NCBI RefSeq assembly: GCF_009914755.1
Contig: NC_060929.1
DNA length: 64,000 bases
Direction: 5' to 3' (one strand)
Origin: the human T2T-CHM13v2.0 reference genome, Homo sapiens
Of the stretch, positions 28,008 through 44,331 are shown one piece after another. A model generated the notes under the pieces. It ran no database searches and was not told the origin of the DNA. It saw only the letters and a program-made list of their open reading frames with translations. The position numbers and the translations under genes were made by a program. Positions within the stretch are counted from its first letter, which is position 1; each line of letters starts with the position of its first letter.

Positions 28008-29255
28008 TGTTTAGTGTCCCATTTTTCCAGATAAAAAAGGGGATAATATTCTATCTTGATCCTGTGCAGAGGCCTTGAGTACATTAAGGAGATGAAGAAA
28101 GAAGAGAAATGAAAAGGAAATAAAGCAACCAATGTGTTCTTGAACTGTGACTTCAAGTAGCTGCATTTAAAAAACAAACATTACATTTTGTGGGTATATC
28201 TGTGAGGCTTATCCATTATGTGTGCAAACACAATCTGATTAGTATTTGTTATAAGTTCGTCTTGTCTGCTTTTATTACAGACATCACCTTCAGATGTGGG
28301 ACCACTGCAGCTATTAAATCAGGAATATTTAGCTATTATTTGTAATAAATGTCAGCAGGGCTGAACTGAAGCCAGCAGGAAATGTTCAGGGCAGAAAACA
28401 CACTGACATTCATTCATGCAAATTTGTACCACGGGTAGAATTAATCATAAAGAGGGAGGGTAGAGCATACAATGCATTTATATTACTGGTTTGGCCAATT
28501 CCCTTCTTCCTGAATATGAGAGTTATAATGTACAGAAAGCAATCTGCTGACAGTCCCATGTGAAGTGCAGGCAGCGAGATTAACTTTCCCAAGCAGGCAT
28601 GTCTGGGTCTATTGCAGACCATCCCTCCTTCCCCACACTGTCCGTGGTCCTCTGAGGCAGCATTGCAATGTCCTTTTTCCTCTTTAAAAGAGATCTAGAT
28701 TTATCATCCACATAACTCTTCCCTCTTAAAATTACAGGGACACTCTAAAAAACATTCCCTGCATACTACTGAGGGTGGGACCAGCTTACCCTATTATAAA
28801 TTAGAGTGCTTATGTCACATGGGGAAGATGTGGCCTCAGGAACTAGGTTGTTGACTATTAAGAAACTCATTTACCAAAAACGAACAAATTTTAATCTTCC
28901 TCAGTCTCCCTTGGTGTAAAACGAGGCTAAACAACCCGTACAACTGAATAATTTAATCTCCACAGAGAAGATTGTAATCACCATGATCAAACACAGCTCT
29001 CACTTACACTGAACGTCAAGGAGTATAATTTAATTCTATGAGTAAGTAAAGTTAACAGCAGAAAAGAATTAGTGCATTAATTTTTTTTAGAAAGGTGAGA
29101 AAAATACAGGATGAAGGTATATCTTTAAATTTTTCTCATTTTCTTGTTACATGAAATTATGATTCACCAGGAAACAAAAACTACTGAAAGGAGTTGACAG
29201 AAAAATTATAGGTGACTTGAAAGATACTAATTATTCTTGTGCTTTAGTCTTATGA

Positions 29256-29550
<295 letters not shown>

Positions 29551-29889
29551 GGGTGCTAAAACCTTTCTTTATTTTTAATTCATCTTTGGAACCAAAAGAT
29601 TGTTTTATCTCCCACATCAATTGCCTGCAGCTTCTTCTCCTCTTAAAAACTTGCTCCCTTTGCTCTCTGAAGGCAGTTACTTCACTTTCCTGTGTATACT
29701 CCCCTTTTCGTCTTGAGACAGCTCTCTTCTCTCTACACCCAAAGAAAAATGAGTGTTCAGTCTCTAGAGAGACTAGTTAATGTTTTCCCTTCCCCTTTTA
29801 AAAGACTGTGATTCTGCTTTAAATAATAAGCATAGCCCAATTTACAAAGTAAAAATTTTATAAGGGAGATGATATGAAACACATTTTAT

Positions 29890-30090
29890 ACAGAAGTGTC
29901 AGGCTCTGTTCTAAACGCCTCCGTGTTCACTTATTTACATTAATACACAACATTTTTACGAGAAAATGGGAGCACAGAGAGGGCAAATAACTTTCTCAAG
30001 CTTACACATTTGTTAAGTGCATACTGGAATCAAATTCCCAGCGATTTGGTTTCAGAATCTGTACTCTTAACTACTATGCTATGCTGCCTC
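29890..30090 (-). mobile_element. MIR SINE
   Basis: GCACAGAGAGGGCAAATAACTT...TCTTAACTACTATGCTATGCTG. Confidence 0.7.
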
Positions 30091-30548
30091 TCAAATGCTC
30101 TTTGCAGGGTAATACAGCAACTAGAGTGAATGCGATTACTGAATAAAACTGAATCTAAATTTCCTGGTGGTGCTAGCAAATGATGAAATGCACTGTCACT
30201 TAATTTTCGTTGTGCTTGAAGAATGATTTTATGAAATGGGCAATGAATCAACCTCCATATTATAACAGAAGATTCAAAGAGTTGTTTTTGAAGACACTTT
30301 AGCTTCCCAAGTTGGGCAGATGGCCTAAATCACCTCTTCATCAGGAGCCTTATGTCAGTGTCAACTTTGATTTATCTGAGCTTTATTTAAGAAGGTAGCA
30401 TTTTCTTTCCACTTGAGTATTCTCATTGAGCCTTCAAATTTAAACAGTAAAACCAATGGATGTGTCTTTTAGGATAAATCACGTTGGCCTTCTGTAGCCA
30501 CTCCTCTATCCCCATAATTTCTTCTATGTTTGTTGCAGTCTTGTGTAG

Positions 30549-30973
30549 TGTAGTGGTTAATTTTAGATGTCAACATGGCTGGGCCATGGTGTCCAGAAAT
30601 GTGGCCAAGCATTATTCTGGATGTTTCTGTGAGAATGTTTTTGGATGAGATTAATATTTCAATCATTAGAATTTGAGTAAAGCAGATTGCCCCCATAATA
30701 TGGGTGAGTCTCATCCAATCTGTTGAATGCATGAATAGAACAAAAGACTGACCTCCTGTCAGTGAGAGGAAATTCTGCCAGCAGATGGCTTTAGACCTTG
30801 AACTGCAGCATCAGCTCTTGTTGGGTCTCCAGCCTGCCAGCCCACCCTGCAGATTTTGGACTTGCCAGCCTCCAAAACCTCATAAGCCAATTCCTTAAAA
30901 TAAATATCTTTCTATGTATGTCTATACACGCATCCTATCAGTTCTGTTTCTCTGGAGAACCCTGACTAATACA
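30549..30973 (+). mobile_element. MLT2 (D-like) ERVL solo LTR
   Basis: TGTAGTGGTTAATTTTAGATGTCAAC...TTCTGTTTCTCTGGAGAACCCTGACTAATACA. Confidence 0.9.
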
Positions 30974-31390
30974 ATAGCCATGTGCTTCAGGGGAGGTTGG
31001 TCTTCCATTTCAGCCATAGGAGGTGAAAGTGAGAAGTGAGGGAAATTCTTCTGGGGACATTTTGGGAAATATTTACTCAATGATGAAAGATGATACAAAA
31101 GAGGAGACCCTTCCTTTTATCACACTGGACTTTGTTGGCAGTTGTGATGCCAGGAACCATGCTGTTCAATTCAGATGACGGAAGAAGGTAGCCAGGGGAA
31201 CCAAGGCAATACTCGCAGGATGGCAGAGCAGAAAGCTGAGATTCTGGGTGCCTGAGATATCATTTAGCTGCTGAATGGGTCAACCTAAGAATTGAGTTTA
31301 GAACTTTTTGACATACAAAATAATAAATATCTATATTGTTTAAATTAATCCTAGTTGAGTTATTTTATTTGCTGCTGAAATATTGTTTAC
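30974..31390 (+). mobile_element. Old MLT1 (K/L-like) LTR, probable host of the MLT2
   Basis: GGATGGCAGAGCAGAAAG...CTGGGTGCCTGA...AATAAAT...TTGTTTAA motifs. Confidence 0.55.
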
Positions 31391-31514
31391 TATAATATAT
31401 GTCTCTAGGGAGTTGAACTAATTGGCCTGCTATGTGTAGTAATTAGGTATTGATTGCCAAATAAACTTAAAACCCCATAGGAATATAGGTCTAGGCAGTT
31501 AATGTGTTTGAACA

Positions 31515-31770
31515 ATAAGGTGTGGTGGGGCTTACGGAGTACCTGAGGAGGGTATAATCTACCTAAAGGGACAAATACTCAGCTCCTAAAAATTGCTACC
31601 ATTGGAAAATTCTATGCTGGTATTGTATTTTTTAGCAGATCTGAAAATCTGGATTTTTCTGTGGAGTCTCTGAATTTTTGAATGTTTATAATTCAATTTA
31701 TAAAAAGAAAATTCAGGTGGGCCAACAATCAAGGTTGAAGACTGGGTTCCATTTACATGCATCTAGTTTG
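31515..31770 (-). mobile_element. MER102-like remnant
   Basis: CTAAAGGGACAAATACTCAGCTCC and GAAAATCTGGATTTTTCTGTGGAGTCTC, opposite in orientation to the copy near 4.9 kb. Confidence 0.5.
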
Positions 31771-33262
31771 TATTTTCTGTGGAGAATTTACAAATAGAAT
31801 GCTTTCTTGTCTAATTTTATGTTATGTAACTAGTGTTTACCTCTTCTCCATTATACTACATAGGTAGTAGGACTAATGATTTCTTAAGGCTGTTGTTGGA
31901 TAACAACAGAAAGACTACTTTGCCTGAATATGGAAGAATATTTATCTTCCCATTTGTTTTAATTTAAAGCATTGTAAAGCAACTGAGATATAAAGTTTAA
32001 AACAGAAATAATATGGAGCATATTTTTTAAACCACCATTTAAGTTTGTTATTTGCCTTTCAGAAGACCATTTCCTCTGCTGAGATCTATGAATTTTATTT
32101 CCATTTTGTTTTGAAACATGCTTGCTGATTTAGCGACATAGTCCATCTAGATTTTAAATTCAATTTACGTGAATATAAAAAAATTCCTATGCTGCTCTGG
32201 TGATTTTTTTGACACTGGTAAAATTATATAACCTTCTGAAAATTATATATTTTTCCTATCAGTAGCATATAAAAGTTGAGAATGAAAATCGTTACCATTC
32301 TTTTCAACTAAGATACAATGATTCCTTTTGGTTAATGACAATAGATGACAAATGTACAGTTTGGGGAGATAGCTGATGATATTATCTTTGTAATGATTCA
32401 AGATTAGGAATATTATCTTTTAAATAACTTGTAATGGGGTCAATTTGTGAAGTCATCTAAGCCCTTAAACTTTTCATAATTCCAACTCGAATAACATTTT
32501 TGGGATAAGAAGTTCCGTATGTTCTGTAATAAGCAAATAATGTAGTGCTTCCTTTTATTTATCCCCAAATATAGATTTTTAAAATGGACCACAAACATAA
32601 AAATAGGTGTATAACTTGTCCTCATAGATGGGACTGTGTCATCACACTATATTTCTTTGCACAGTTAAAAATACTTTAAGCCTATAAAAGTGTAATGAAA
32701 TGGATATAGTGATATTCCTGTTATTCAGTGCAGTGGTAAAAAAAATAGTAGTAACAACTCATGCCAGCATGGTATCATTTATCGAAGACAACTTACACTT
32801 TCTCTAGGATATGGGTCCTGCACGCACATGACAAAGGCATTCTGAATTTTCCTTTTGATTTGCTTGTATCTCTTTTCAGGCTCTTGGCTAATTATGCCAA
32901 ATTCTATAGATCAGTCTTCTATGTGAATGGAACAAATATATGTTAAGTAGGATAGAAGTTTCTTATTGAATGTGTACACAGAATTCAATGACTAACAAAT
33001 ATGACTTAACTGCTTAGGGAAGGAGAATGAAATCAAAATGCTTCAAACACTGAGCCTTGGTGTTCACAATGAATTGAAATAATCTGGTCTTCATTAAATG
33101 TGGAGTTCCCACCTGCTTGAAAAGACTTTTTATCATGTAGGGATTTTGATGCTCTCCACTTTATATTCTAGGTGTTTAATGACCATTCATGCAAAATAGA
33201 ATCTTTAAGGAAACACTGACCCAAGTTGATTTATTTTGAGGTTGAATTATTTTAAAATTTTA

Positions 33263-33762
<500 letters not shown>

Positions 33763-34249
33763 TTACCATAGCTAAAAGGTTGATTTATTCTTCTTTGTCC
33801 TCAACCGCTCTTATGAAAAGAATGAATATGAAATGTTTTTGTGAAATTCCTACAGTGTATCAATTTTATTATTTTGGCAGCTGTGATTTCTCTGGTTATT
33901 TGAATATGACCTAGTGATCCCATATGGCTGTAATATGAAGTACTTAAATCTCCTCCAGTTGAAGTAGAAAATATGTCAGAACTCATTAAGAAGTTATCCA
34001 TATACTGTATTGATTTTTATAAATTGCTTCTTAAATTATAGTTCAGCATGACACACATGAACATCACTGAGATCAGGTATTATTTGGACTAAATTAACAC
34101 ATTTTGCAAGTAGTTACTGTCATAGCTATTCTCTGATGCTATGCCATGATAATCCTTGTCCTTTGGTAAATTATTTAAAACCCAGACTTTTATTTTTATT
34201 CTCATCAAAGGTATATGTTGAATAAATTGTATTTATTGTTATGTTATAG

Positions 34250-35158
<909 letters not shown>

Positions 35159-35162
35159 TACA

Positions 35163-35466
35163 TTTTTTTTTTTTTTTTTTTTTTTTGTTGAGACATGGTC
35201 TCACTCTATTGCCCAGGCTAGAATGGAGTGACGCTGTCATGTCTCACTGCAACCTCAACCTCCAGGGCTCAAGTGATCCTCCTGCCTCAGCCTCCCGAGT
35301 AACTTGGACTACAGGTGGATGCCACTGCACTAGGCTATTTATTTTTATGAAGGCAGAGTCTTGCTATGTTGCCTAGGGTGGTCTTGAACTCCTGGCTTCA
35401 AACAATCCTCTTGCCTTGGCCTTCCAAAGCACTGGAATTACAGGTGTGAGCCACCATGGTGAGCCC
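35163..35466 (-). mobile_element. AluJ, tandem with the previous Alu
   Basis: GGCTCAAGTGATCCTCCTGCC and GTCTTGCTATGTTGCCTAGG are J-type features. Confidence 0.93.
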
Positions 35467-35902
35467 AGAATCTACTATTGACATGAAGTATTTTTTAGCT
35501 TTCTAATATTATAAAGCAAATAGAATCCTGTATACTTTAAGAAATGGTGGGAGCTAAAGTGTCTTTCACAATTTCCTCTCATCCTCTTCATTCCCCATTG
35601 TTACCCACTGAGACAACTCTGTAGACTCTCTTCCCTCTTCATAGAGTTTAAAACCCACTGATCTGAACTAAAGACACAGATAAGCTCATAAATAAGTGAT
35701 GAATAAAAACGTGGGATCCAGTCATACCGAGGTATTTTTTTCTTTTGGTGGATTTGGAGAATTATTTTATCACAATTTCTGTCATTACACTCATTTCTAC
35801 CATGATCACATGCAATATCACAAAATTTCATGCAACTATAATCTTGATAACTCTAGCTTAAACCGCTTCCCTGAACCCAGACTCCTCTGTCCAATTGCCT
35901 AC

Positions 35903-36325
35903 TGTCTTAGTCCATTTGTGTTGCAATAAAGGAATGCTTGAGACCAGAAATTTTATAAAGAAAAGAGGTTTATGTGGCTTACAGTTCTGAAGGCCGTACA
36001 AGAAGGATGGTACCAACATCTGCATCTGGTGTGGGCCTCAGGAAGCATACACTCATGGCAGAATATATACCCTCATGGCAATGGGGAGCAGGCACCATGT
36101 GGGGAGAGAGGGATGGAAGGAGAAGACAGGGAGGTGCCAGACTCTTTCCAACAACCAACGCTCTAGAAAACAAACAGAGCAGAACTCACTCATTACCATG
36201 GCACCAAGTCTTTCATGAGGGATCTGCCCCCATGACCCAAATACCTCCCAGTAGGCCCTGCCTCTAACACTGGCAATCACATTTCAACATGAGATTTGGA
36301 GAGACAAATATGCAGACTATATTTA
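35903..36325 (-). mobile_element. MSTB-like MaLR solo LTR
   Basis: TGTCTTAGTCCATTTGTGTTGC...TTTCAACATGAGATTTGGAG; 5-bp TSD CCTAC at 35898-35902 and 36326-36330. Confidence 0.9.
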
Positions 36326-38290
36326 CCTACCAATTATCCCTTTATATGTCTAATAAGCATTTTGTAAAGTAGTGGAAAAAATTAAATCATTATAGAAAGC
36401 AGTTGTATAGCTATACTGAACTTAAGAGAAAATGTTCTACCAGCTGGTAACATATATATGTTGAATCTGGTAATTTGGCTAAAGCAAAGCATCATAGATG
36501 TTACAAATTAATGTTAATTTTCATATGTTGATTTATAGCTCTGATCATATTTAATTCACAGTTTTGGTTTATATTTATATTTATTAATATAACAAGTTTA
36601 TATATCAATTTATGTTTTAAATATTTAAATAACTCTAAAATAAAATGTATCCTTGAGAACCCTTGACAGACACCATTATCACATGTTAACATTATATGTT
36701 ATTCACAGAATAGCCTTTTCTCTGCAAGCATCTTAATAACAAAATTTTTTTAATTAGACATTTTTAGAATGGGAGCTGCATGATTTTGTTGAATAAAGCA
36801 GGATAAATTCATGACACTTCTTTGATGTATCAAGGTAGAAAAGCAATTTTTAAAACCAAACAAAGTGTATACAAATATTCCTTCCACCCCCTTTATTTCT
36901 AACTCTTACCAAGTCTTGGAAGGCAAAGGTTATGATTAGAATGTTTATTGGGGAGTTATTTGGCAATATAAATAAAAAAGCTAAAAGGTTAATTTTGGAG
37001 AATGTAACAACTTCAAAAATGTTGATTTGCTGAAAATAGTTGGTTTATTGGCAGCTGGATTTTCTTGTAGGAGTACACGCTTTTGTTTTCTTTTCATCTC
37101 CTGTTCTTCAATAATTGTGTTATGGCAAAAAGGTAGAAATGATGGTTAAGTGGAGGAAGCTAAAAGTGAGATAGAGGATAAACAAGGGAATTGTAAAATA
37201 AAATGGAATTCCACTGATAGTGGTAACAAAAAACGAAAGCTCTCCTTGCTGCTAGTATTGCCTTTATCACTGGTAATATTAGTAAAATAATCTCCAGAAT
37301 GTAACTCAGTAGAAGTACTTCTGCTGTTACATTTTATGTAATTGTAGAAGGATTGTTTATAGAAAAATGAGGCTTCTTAAATGGCAACTGTGTGTAAGAG
37401 TCTTTAAGAGGTGCTTCACACATAATTTTACATTTACAAAAGTCTTCAAGGTCTGTGTTGTTACCCTGTTTTGCAGGCTATGAAACAGAGGTACCAAGCT
37501 GTTAAGTAATAATGCGCCCTGGGTTAGACAATGTGTACTAAACTTAGGTTTCAAACCCAGGATTGACTGCCTTCCAAGTTCATACTGTGACCATTACATC
37601 CCTTTAATAAAAACAAAAAATATGACCATGGGATGCAAGGCATTTGTTAAAACTTAAGGCCTATGTTCTTGTAAACTTGTTCTAATGCCAATTCCTATTA
37701 TTTATGTTCTAATAGTATTTGGACAATTGTCTACATTTTAAACCTTCAAAGGTAACTAATTTAAAGATAAAGGAATATTTTTATGTTTATAATTTCTAAG
37801 ACATCAAAATAAAATAAATAGAGTTATTTTTTTAGTTGCACTTTTTAGACTATATACTAAAAAAAAAGTAATAGTGACTGAAATACCTGTCTCTTATCTT
37901 GAGCTGGTTGTCTTTCAAGTGTCCATAATGATGTATTTAACATTCTTACAGTATGAGGACCAATATACTAGTCATTTGTTATGTTTAACATTATCAGTAT
38001 TACTCTTACTACTAGTTCCCCAAAGTAGAGACTTTATTGGTGCAGTAAATCATTTTCAGGACTACTGAATTTCTTCCTTCATTTCTCCATGATAAAGCAG
38101 TACTTCCTATTTAGCCATGGTTTTCAACACCAAAAAGCAATTCCAGTATTTATTTTTAGGAACTCTGTAAATTCTGCAGATATCAAGGAAAAGATGGTGG
38201 TGTGTGCCTCTTAAAAGACTAAACGAGAATTGGCAAGCACAATAGTTTCCCCAACCCAACAGCCACCTCCTTCTAGCACTGGCTACCTAG

Positions 38291-38644
<354 letters not shown>

Positions 38645-39885
38645 TAACTAATTCCTATTCCTGGTTTAAAAATCCTTTCTCATTTTTACAAGTTTTTAAT
38701 TTTATTCCTGAAATTTGTTTTGTTGTCCTGTACTTATATGTGCATTTCTTGGGTAATATGTTTATATTTTAGATAGTCTCCAATTCTTTTTAGAAAGAAC
38801 ATATATTCTCTTTCCACTGAATAACCACAACTCTCTTGTATAAAATAAAAATAAAAGGTAATTTAGCTGTTAAATCTATGAAGCCAAGGAAAATTGTGGC
38901 TAGAGAAATAATTTATTGATGGTATTAGTGAAATTTGTCATTGTCTTACCATACTTCCTATATAATAATACTGCCTTTCAAAAAGTTACTCAAAAACGGT
39001 TGCCTTTGTAAACTTTTTTGGAGCATTGTCTTATTAGCTGCTTGAAAAATGTGAAAAGGCAAACCATAAAATGTGTATATGTTTGAAAGTTGATCTTCAC
39101 CACTAAGAGGAAATAGAGGCTTTTGACTTTTGTATTCATTGCACACAGCAGTGAATGGGTGGTTATTGTATGACACCAAACATTCTGTGGTGAGATTTGC
39201 TGTAATAACAAAAACCAACAGGTTTAAACCTCAGAAATGACCTTTTAAAGGGCAGGCATTCAATTTTGACAAAAGTGTTCAACAGCAGGCTTGAGGGTAA
39301 AATATAAAAATTTTAAACCCTATAATTAGGCAGCTTATTTAAAAACACAGGATGAGAGGCACAGATGGTTCATATTAACAAAAGCAAACAAACAAAAGAC
39401 TGAAAACAGGCGTATAAAACTAGCAATGGCAAGAGGTGAACTATTATACTTTAACAGACTGGCCCTAAAATATGTATGTCTTGATCAATCAGCATTTATT
39501 GTGAATTGGAGGTATAAGACAATACAAGTCATTGCTCGAAAGAAATTTACTGTCTTGTGAAGGTGATAGAACTTACATCAGTTACATAAATCTATATACC
39601 AGTGAAATAGCTATTTAAAATTATTTGTACAGGAGTATATAATAAGTTTTGGAGAAGAGAGAAAAGTCTCATGCATGAATAAATACAAATACAAATTCAA
39701 GTTGCTATGTCTCAGTACATTCCAAGAGTTATACTTCTCTCCATCTGTTCTTCTGCCAAATTATATAACACTAAAATATTGAAAAATTGTATTTATTTCC
39801 AAGAGTAATCACTGTGTTCAAACCATTAGTCTTACACTCAGAATATTTATGAAGCATCTACTGTGTCTGCATGATATTTCATTAA

Positions 39886-40324
<439 letters not shown>

Positions 40325-43133
40325 TGAGAGTGAAAGTTTGTGTTCCATAAACTGTGTGTTGGGCTTGCTTTTCCTTCTTCCTTTTAGAAAATTTTCTCCT
40401 TTCTTATATTTCTCAGATACTTAAGTGCTGAGCCCAAGGTGGTTAGAGTAGAGGAAGAAAGAGATTGGATTGCTTATGGGGCAGTATTTTAGTTTTTTCT
40501 TTTCTATTGGCCTCAAATCTTGACTTGAATCTTGGTCACAGTAAATTCACCTTTGTGACTGTTCTTGACTATATTAAAAGAATTAGATTAATTTGCTTGT
40601 CTGGAGGGTTGGCATCCTTGATCCTTCCTAATTTGAGGGCCAGAACAAGGGAAGAGAAGAAGCAGCCTTCTCAAATGCCAACTGACTCTAAACTTTGGTT
40701 TTATGAATGTCCTAGGTATGTGATTGTTGTCCTTCACAGATACTTTCTGTGATAGCATGTGATGTGGTCAATAGGAAGCTCATCTATTTGATCTCTTAAA
40801 TAAAGTGAATGGTTTCAAGGATGCCTGCTTATATGGAACACTATTCTATATCAAATTGCTTTTATTAACTTACTTTATAAATGGAAAAACTGAGTACCAT
40901 AGAAAGTTTGGTGACTTCCTAGCACTGCTCAGCAAGTCATTGTCAAAATAATGCATACTTCTGAAATTGAATGAAAAGCCTAAAAATCAGGTACTTGTAT
41001 ATGTGCATTTTTTTCTCAGTCCTCATAGAGGCTCCATTATGTTTTCTGTGGCCACTTGTTTCTTTCAGCCAGCCATGCTTCAAAAGCACCAGCTCTCAGA
41101 AGCAGTAGCTCTGGGAGTAGCACCATTGGTGGCATTTGGTTCATCACTGACCTGGGAACTCTGCTCTGGACAGCAGCCCATCCACACAGACATGCCTGTG
41201 ATTGACCCATAAAATGCCCTCATTCCATGAGGGCCAATACTAATCAGATTGAATGAGTTGAACAGGCCACCAGGGGTAGTAATGTGTGTGCAGAAATCAC
41301 CATATTTTTCGTTTTCTAAACTATAAACTCCACTTGTCAGAATAAAGGATTTTCTTTCCATTTGCAAGATTTCTCACTCAGTCTCTGATTTCTCCATGGT
41401 TCCTCTCTGCTACATTAGCCCTGAATGAGCTGTAAATGAGATAATGTTGAGCACAGGAAGATAGGATGTTCAAGCGGACAAAGCAGGGAGGGCGATCCTT
41501 TTCACAGCAGATGTTCTAATGGCTGATTCAGTCTTCCGGGTGGTCAGCTCAGACATCAGTACTAGCACTATAGACAGTGTACCCTTCCAGCTGCTGGTAC
41601 TTTTGTCATACTTACTGTTGCATTCAATGCCAGTCTGACAGCACAGTGTTGGCAGAATTTTTCTAACCTCAGGTACAGAAGAAAAGCAAAACAGTTACAT
41701 GATGAATGGATTAGAGCCATTTCTTATCTCTTCTTGGAAGAAAATTTTTTCTTCTTATTCTTCAGACAAATGAGGATGAAATAAGGCAGCATGTGGTAGG
41801 GAAAGAGATGAATCAAATAATTTCCGTATGTTTCAATCAATACTAAATGCTGCATTGACATGTATTCCACTGGGAGGGTGGAACTGGGGATGCCATAGAA
41901 TAATTCGAGGCTGGTATACTGAGCATTATGTGTGTCCTTCAACCAAATACCACAGGTAGTTAAGCCTTTTTTCTGTTTGCCTCTGTGGCAGGATCCTCCT
42001 TCCTGGTGGTGATAGAGAAGTATCTACAGATGTTTTCTGCAGATGTCTCCCAGTGGGGCCTCCCTCTTACTGTCTGCTTTCTCTCGTTGCCTGTTTCCTT
42101 TCTTAGTTCCCATATCTATTTGTTTCCTCCCAATGAATGTTTTGCTGCTGTTTTGTCTCTCACATCTGTTTCCTTGATCCCTTGACTCTGACTTAACTTT
42201 GTCCCCTCTTCTTCCTTGCACCTGTGAGGTAGCAAGAAGACCAGCTGTTCTTTTCCAGAACTCTTGTCAAAACTCACTTTTGGAAAATAGTTTCAGTACG
42301 TTACCACAATAATTGCATTTCTAAACACTAATAGTTGGGTATTCAAAAGAAAAAATACACATGCACATACATATAAAATAGAAATAGGCTTCCTGTCTCT
42401 AACTTAAATCACCTACTATATGTTAAATATATGCTACATTTAATGCATTCATTTATTTAATACACATTTACTAGCTAAGAGGACCCATAATTTAGATTTA
42501 GGAAGAAATTTGCCTGATCTGCAATGAAACAGTACATGGAAAAGTAAACTAACACATAAGTAAAAATCAAAACTTGGTCTATTAATATTGAAGCTGTATT
42601 TTTTTTCATCTTCCATTATGACACATAACTAGTATACTAGAGAGAATAAAAGAATCTAGTAAAAACTGCTGGACCAGATAACATATCCCGTCAACACACG
42701 GGTTTTTAAAAGCTCTGTGCAATGATAGCATATATAGTCTCTTAAATTTGTTACATATTTCCTAGAAAATCATTTTTCTCTTACTTCTTTGTACTTCTAC
42801 CCTTTCTACTTTAGATTCTTCTACAAAACTTTTTGTTTTCTAATTTATTATCCCCACACTATTGCTTTTATTCTCTATTCTTCTAAACTGTCATTCAAAT
42901 TATACAACTAAATAAATGTTAAAAAATTATAATTTATATCTGGTCTTGCGGTCAAAGATAGTTTGATAACATAACAAAGATTTCTTACACATTTTTCTTT
43001 AGTATATAACATATAGTTAAGACTGATACAGAAACCTTAGGATGCATTTGCAGGTAACTAGTTACATATCCAATCTTTCTGTCTCTCTATCTAGTCTTGG
43101 AACCTAAAAATACAGAAATATGCACCTTGCTAA

Positions 43134-43583
<450 letters not shown>

Positions 43584-44263
43584 TCAGGTTCCTAGAAATA
43601 AATAGTATAAAGTAGAGGCAGAAAGGAGATGAAATGGGGGAAATAGAACAGAAGATGAAAATAAATGCCAAACTTGGAGGCATTAAAATAATTCTGTAAG
43701 CATATTTTTTACTTGAGGTTAATTCTCATTTTTGTTAGGACATTCTGTCTTCTTAATAGCAAAGAGTTGATTGACCATTTTGACCCTAATTTCCATCCTA
43801 AGCAAGTCAAAACCACAAAGGCAAATCACAGTTATTTTTTGTGTGAAAATAGTCCAGATATGGACCATTACTCTTGATGCTTGTATTTTTGTGTTAGAAT
43901 ATGTTTGGGGAATGCCTGTATTTGTGAACCCTATGGTTATCTAACCACTTTCTTTGCCATGATATTTGACTATATGTTGCTAAAGATGTCTGTGAACCAG
44001 TGAGAATTATCTCATTTTTGTTTTCAGTGTCTGAGGACAGAAAAGAAGCAAAGATGATATATAACAATGTTCTGTACCCAGGATTTTTAAAAAACACATA
44101 CTTAACTACATAATTGGGTGACTTCATTTAGGGAGGAGAAATTAGCACACTTTATTTTAAAAAGAATGTTCCAAGGGCAAACAAGACTTTAATGAAAATT
44201 CATTAAAACATTTTTTAAAGTACTTTAAAAAGTATTTTTTAAAAGGTACTTTAAAAAGTCCTT

Positions 44264-44331
44264 GGGTGGAAACACACTAATTTCCAATACAAGCACCGGG
44301 TGGAAATATACTCATTTCCAATACAGACACC
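44264..44331. repeat. 34-bp tandem duplication (2 copies, 29/34 identical)
   Basis: GGGTGGAAACACACTAATTTCCAATACAAGCACC / GGGTGGAAATATACTCATTTCCAATACAGACACC. Confidence 0.9.

Noticed and set aside
29080-29100. 4-nt microexon-like TTTTTTTTAG-AAAG-GTGAGA
   Set aside because: Short motif expected by chance in 64 kb of AT-rich DNA.
41560-41585. RE1/REST-like site CTAGCACTATAGACAG
   Set aside because: Several mismatches at core positions of the RE1 consensus.
44264-44331. CRISPR-like palindromic 34-bp repeats
   Set aside because: Only two adjacent copies, no spacers, no cas genes, primate context.
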